NCBI GenBank assembly: GCA_965223665.1
Contig: OZ245011.1
Coordinates: forward strand, 3,872,001 to 3,936,000
Direction: 5' to 3'
DNA length: 64,000 nucleotides
DNA from: Nitrospinaceae bacterium
Lineage (GTDB): Bacteria; Nitrospinota; Nitrospinia; Nitrospinales; Nitrospinaceae
This document shows, one piece after another, positions 60,778 to 64,000 of the stretch. The notes beneath the pieces were generated by a model. It was not told where the DNA came from, ran no database searches, and was given only the letters and a program-made list of their open reading frames with translations. The position numbers and the translations under genes were made by a program. Position 1 is the stretch's first letter. Each line of letters opens with the position of its first letter.

Positions 60778-61368
60778 TTACGAAATTTTTAGCAGATCAA
60801 CAATTTTCTTAAAGTCTTTTTTTTGTTGAGGAAGTTTGCGTTTCCAGTTAGTGACTCTGGGACTTGGATGATAAAGAGGGAGCAACCAAAAGTTTTTAAG
60901 TTTTTGTGGCTTGCCCACGTTTTCTTTTAAACTAAATGTGGTTTTTAGTAATCGATTAAGAGCATCCAGCCCTACGCCACCCAAGGTAACTATGATCTTC
61001 GGCTGTAACAAATCAATTACAGATTTTAAAAAATTTGAGCAGTTTTGAATTTCGTTTGAAGTGGGTTTGCTGTTATTCCCCTTATCTAGTGGATTGCATA
61101 AAACAGCATTGGTAATAAAAATATCATTTCGGGTCAACCCAATATGGGCAATCAGCTTTTCAAAATTTTCTCCTGATTTGTCTCCATGAAAAGGAATTCC
61201 CGTGCGGCCGCTTCCCAACCTTCCGGGGGCTTCGGCAATAAATAAAATTTTAGATCTAATTGATCCATTGGATCGGGTAAGAACGGCAGTTTGATCCGCC
61301 ATGCGCTCACAGATGGTGCACTCAGCGGCTTGCTTGAAGAGGGAATGAAACTTTTCAGACCGGGTCAT
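60778..61368 (-). CDS. Uracil-DNA glycosylase, family 4-like
   Basis: C..C, AEAPG, G.PF, ITNAV.C.P, P...EI..C, LG, YHPSP. Confidence 0.9.
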   Translation of the reverse strand: MTRSEKFHSLFKQAAECTICERMADQTAVLTRSNGSIRSKILFIAEAPGRLGSGRTGIPFHGDKSGENFEKLIAHIGLTRNDIFITNAVLCNPLDKGNNSKPTSNEIQNCSNFLKSVIDLLQPKIIVTLGGVGLDALNRLLKTTFSLKENVGKPQKLKNFWLLPLYHPSPRVTNWKRKLPQQKKDFKKIVDLLKIS

Positions 61369-61382
61369 GGAATGGGATTAAA

Positions 61383-61526
61383 TTATGACTTGGATTGTTG
61401 GTCTGGAGACTCGGGATGGTGTTCTGAGGTTTCTTCATCTTCCTCTTCATCATCGCTTGTTCTGCAAATTACTAAAAACCCAACTAACAGCAATACGCTT
61501 GCAATGATAGTGAATAAAATATCCAT
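61383..61526 (-). CDS. 47-aa single-TM protein with acidic tail (not in the ORF track)
   Basis: Manual translation MDILFTIIASVLLLVGFLVICRTSDDEEEDEETSEHHPESPDQQSKS*; fills the gap between co-oriented genes. Confidence 0.65.
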   Translation of the reverse strand: MDILFTIIASVLLLVGFLVICRTSDDEEEDEETSEHHPESPDQQSKS

Positions 61527-61589
61527 ATTACAATAGAGAGCCCAATTTCTAAATTAACTACTTAATGATAACCGTAGAGTATAATCCAT

Positions 61590-61994
61590 TCAATACGGTT
61601 TAACCGTTGCAAGATAAATCATATAAGCGGCAACTAAAAATATCGCAATATGAACCATCATAGCGTACTTTTTCGGGAGCATATCTTTTTTAATTTGTGC
61701 GCCGTTTAAAAATCCAAGCCCAATTAAAATAACGAGTAAGGTCAGTTTTGAAAAAATCCAATGTCGTTGAAATGCTCCTGTTTCAATGGCTAAATAGGTC
61801 CCTGAAAGAATAGTCACAAAAAGAATAGGGTAGTAAATAAACTTGTGGATACGCTTTTGGGTTTTCTGCAATCCAGTCCGTTCCTCTGGTGTTTTTAATC
61901 TCAAACGAAATACCACAGAAAGAGATTGCAAAAATAGTGTGCCAACTACCAAGCACATGGAAACCATATGCAATGTTAAGAAGAAATTTTTCAT
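61590..61994 (-). CDS. 4-TM membrane protein (DUF2269/SirB2-like)
   Basis: LH near the N-terminus, SG..L, W...KL, C-terminal KP[YF]. Confidence 0.7.
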   Translation of the reverse strand: MKNFFLTLHMVSMCLVVGTLFLQSLSVVFRLRLKTPEERTGLQKTQKRIHKFIYYPILFVTILSGTYLAIETGAFQRHWIFSKLTLLVILIGLGFLNGAQIKKDMLPKKYAMMVHIAIFLVAAYMIYLATVKPY

Positions 61995-62005
61995 TTATTT
62001 TTTAA

Positions 62006-62446
62006 TTAAGAACTTTTTTCAATATTTGGATCAGATTTCCAATACACTAAACTGGAAACAATTAAAGCAATTCCAATTCCACAATAAATTGCAGCCACTA
62101 CTAAGTACCCGCCCAGAACTTCGTTCCAGGTTCTTAATAGAACTCCTAAAACCATCATTCCGATAATAAAAATATAAAATGATTTTGCGTAAACGTGATG
62201 AAACTTTAGAGGTTCGTTAAGATTTTGTATTCGATTTTTATTGCGGTGAGCTGTCTTCGACAACACAAACTTTCCTTTAATAGCTCCAATCACAAGGGCT
62301 GCAGCCAAAGAAATCAATATTGCCTGCTGGGTCGCATTTTGTGTTTCCGCAGCAAGTTGATACATCATCCAGCCACGGTATATTAAAAACAACCCAACGA
62401 ACCCCCAAATGGAACCCGCCAACATAAACAAACTATCTTTATTCAT
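62006..62446 (-). CDS. Hypothetical 4-TM membrane protein
   Basis: AG.IW..VG..L, K..FV..K.A..N..RI, IY.GIG.AL..SS. Confidence 0.75.
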   Translation of the reverse strand: MNKDSLFMLAGSIWGFVGLFLIYRGWMMYQLAAETQNATQQAILISLAAALVIGAIKGKFVLSKTAHRNKNRIQNLNEPLKFHHVYAKSFYIFIIGMMVLGVLLRTWNEVLGGYLVVAAIYCGIGIALIVSSLVYWKSDPNIEKSS

Positions 62447-62568
62447 GGAATGACCTCTCCCAGAATTCCAAAATTAATCACGGTTCCTAATTAGATGGTC
62501 GAAAAATAAAAAAGTTTTGGAAAATTAAACAAAGGGGAGTTTGTAAGCTATCAAGGAAATTAATTGTT

Positions 62569-63006
62569 TTAAGAGGAGCTTCGCTCGCTAAACTTCTTTC
62601 CTCGCACGGGACGAACTGCCATCCGTCCACTTTTGCTTTTATAAAGCATTGTGGTCTCCCCGGTTGCCAAATTGAAGATATAGCTATCATTTCCAACGCC
62701 ATCCACAGTCCAAAACGTGGCTTGAGGCCCGGAGGGGAATATGGGATTCAATTTTATCTCTTTTCCGTATTTATCTTGATTAGATTGAGTTGGGTCATAT
62801 AACGTTTCCGCTTCCTCTTTTTCTGGCATCCGCCAGTCATTATAACCAGCAAATTTAGTGTTATTTAAATCTTGTGTGTATTGCCAAGCTTCATCCCAAG
62901 TCACCCATTTTTGTTCTACCTGCCAAGAATCTTCTTTTGTCCAAATCAGTTGATTCGAGTTGTCGGTGATTGTCTTATCATTGTTATCTGTAAATTTTTC
63001 GGACAT
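62569..63006 (-). CDS. DUF1566 (Lcl-C-like) domain protein
   Basis: DN...TITD....L.W, W.EA, LN...FAGY.DWR.P...E, FWT, VRPVR. Confidence 0.85.
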   Translation of the reverse strand: MSEKFTDNNDKTITDNSNQLIWTKEDSWQVEQKWVTWDEAWQYTQDLNNTKFAGYNDWRMPEKEEAETLYDPTQSNQDKYGKEIKLNPIFPSGPQATFWTVDGVGNDSYIFNLATGETTMLYKSKSGRMAVRPVRGKKFSERSSS

Positions 63007-63011
63007 TATAT

Positions 63012-63998
63012 TTAAGTGTATAAGTTGGTTTCAGTATCTAGTTCAATATTGTTAAGTCGTTTTTTCAAAGCATCCAAATCAAAGGTTGGAGTATTGGGTA
63101 ATTGAATTCGCCTGAGTATTTCATTAAAGGACGCTTTCAATAAATTGTTAAAAAAACAGGTAATTCGAGATCTGCGTACTATACGTCGGACCGTTTGACG
63201 TGATATTTTTACCGGATCATCCGAGCTCAATAAGGCTTTATTATTGTGAAGAACAGCAACTGTTTCCATTGCCATCCACAAAGGCCATATGCAAAAAAGT
63301 CGAATTCTAGCTTCTTTTTGGGGTATCGCCAAGGTAAATTTGAGCGCATCTTTCAAATGACCGGTAGTCTTAATTAAGAGTTTCTCTAATATTTTTAAAT
63401 CCTTCTCCACGTATTGACCTGAGTTGAACTCCTCGATTGTTAAGCCGTTTTCGGTGATAAATGATCTGGGGACATAAGACCACCCTCGACCACGATCAAC
63501 CACTATATCTTTTGAAATATTGGTCATCTGTAGGCCTAAGCCAAAAGATACAGCATTACGACGTAGAGTTTCTTGAGCATGGGAATTTAAATATGGTATT
63601 TTTTGCAGAAAAATATTGCAAAGCATTTCTCCTACAACACCAGCAACATAGTAGCAATACTCTTCTAATTCGTCTTCATTTTCAAGAAGAGTCAATTCGT
63701 TGAAGTTGAATTTTTTTTGGAAGTAGGCCATACCGCGTGCCATTTCCACTACGGAAGGTATAATTTGACTTTGGTACTTTTCAGGTAACGATTCGAAAAC
63801 ACAGAATACGCGATCTGAATTAAATACAAGATTTAAATCATTTGGGGTGCCATCAACAATTTTTGAGTCATCGATCCAACGCGAAAGAGCTTCCTTTCGG
63901 TAGTCAGCATCTTGCATGAGGCTGGCAAACTCTAATAAAAGCTTAATTTTTTTTTGGGGATCTAATTTTGCCGCATCTTCGACGGTATCCACAATTCG
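63012..63998 (-). CDS. Squalene synthase (squalene/phytoene synthase family), 5'-truncated by window edge
   Basis: RIVDTVED, YCYYVAGVVG, FGLGLQMTNI.KD...D..RG..Y.P, R.FC..P..MA, VKISR. Confidence 0.88.
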   Translation of the reverse strand, partial: RIVDTVEDAAKLDPQKKIKLLLEFASLMQDADYRKEALSRWIDDSKIVDGTPNDLNLVFNSDRVFCVFESLPEKYQSQIIPSVVEMARGMAYFQKKFNFNELTLLENEDELEEYCYYVAGVVGEMLCNIFLQKIPYLNSHAQETLRRNAVSFGLGLQMTNISKDIVVDRGRGWSYVPRSFITENGLTIEEFNSGQYVEKDLKILEKLLIKTTGHLKDALKFTLAIPQKEARIRLFCIWPLWMAMETVAVLHNNKALLSSDDPVKISRQTVRRIVRRSRITCFFNNLLKASFNEILRRIQLPNTPTFDLDALKKRLNNIELDTETNLYT

Positions 63999-64000
63999 GC

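Noticed and set aside
61291-61536. 81-aa plus-strand ORF with poly-Ser
   Set aside because: Reverse-complement of the acidic tail of the 47-aa minus-strand ORF and of the UDG start

Overview
A 64-kb AT-rich, gene-dense chromosomal segment from a Gram-negative bacterium (kdsA, AsmA-like protein, TpsB beta-barrel). The gene style suggests a Nitrospinota/deltaproteobacteria-like organism, but that is my impression and not a database result. I found no rRNA, tRNA, CRISPR array, transposase or integrase. Most genes are housekeeping: yggS-proC, larE, moaA, a nifU-like/sufBCDSU Fe-S operon, yggT-divIVA-yggU-mtnA, asnS, rlmD, kdsA, proB, purA, cstA, a family-4 UDG and squalene synthase. The most interesting block is 13.4-21.1 kb: TpsB, a FecR-domain periplasmic protein, a short TpsA, a CHASE2 adenylate cyclase and an MshEN-like repeat protein. 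It reads like a trans-envelope signalling system built from a two-partner secretion pair. Mature TpsA and the FecR protein each have a single cysteine, at the extreme C-terminus. Other leads are two intergenic hairpin elements exposing anti-Shine-Dalgarno sequence (one behind a near-consensus sigma-54 promoter), a split yggS-proC / yggT-divIVA-yggU cluster suggesting a ~35-kb inversion, a PII protein lacking the 2-oxoglutarate and uridylylation residues, a Cys-less IscU-Nfu fusion, and an unannotated 47-aa membrane protein. All calls come from motif recognition by eye.
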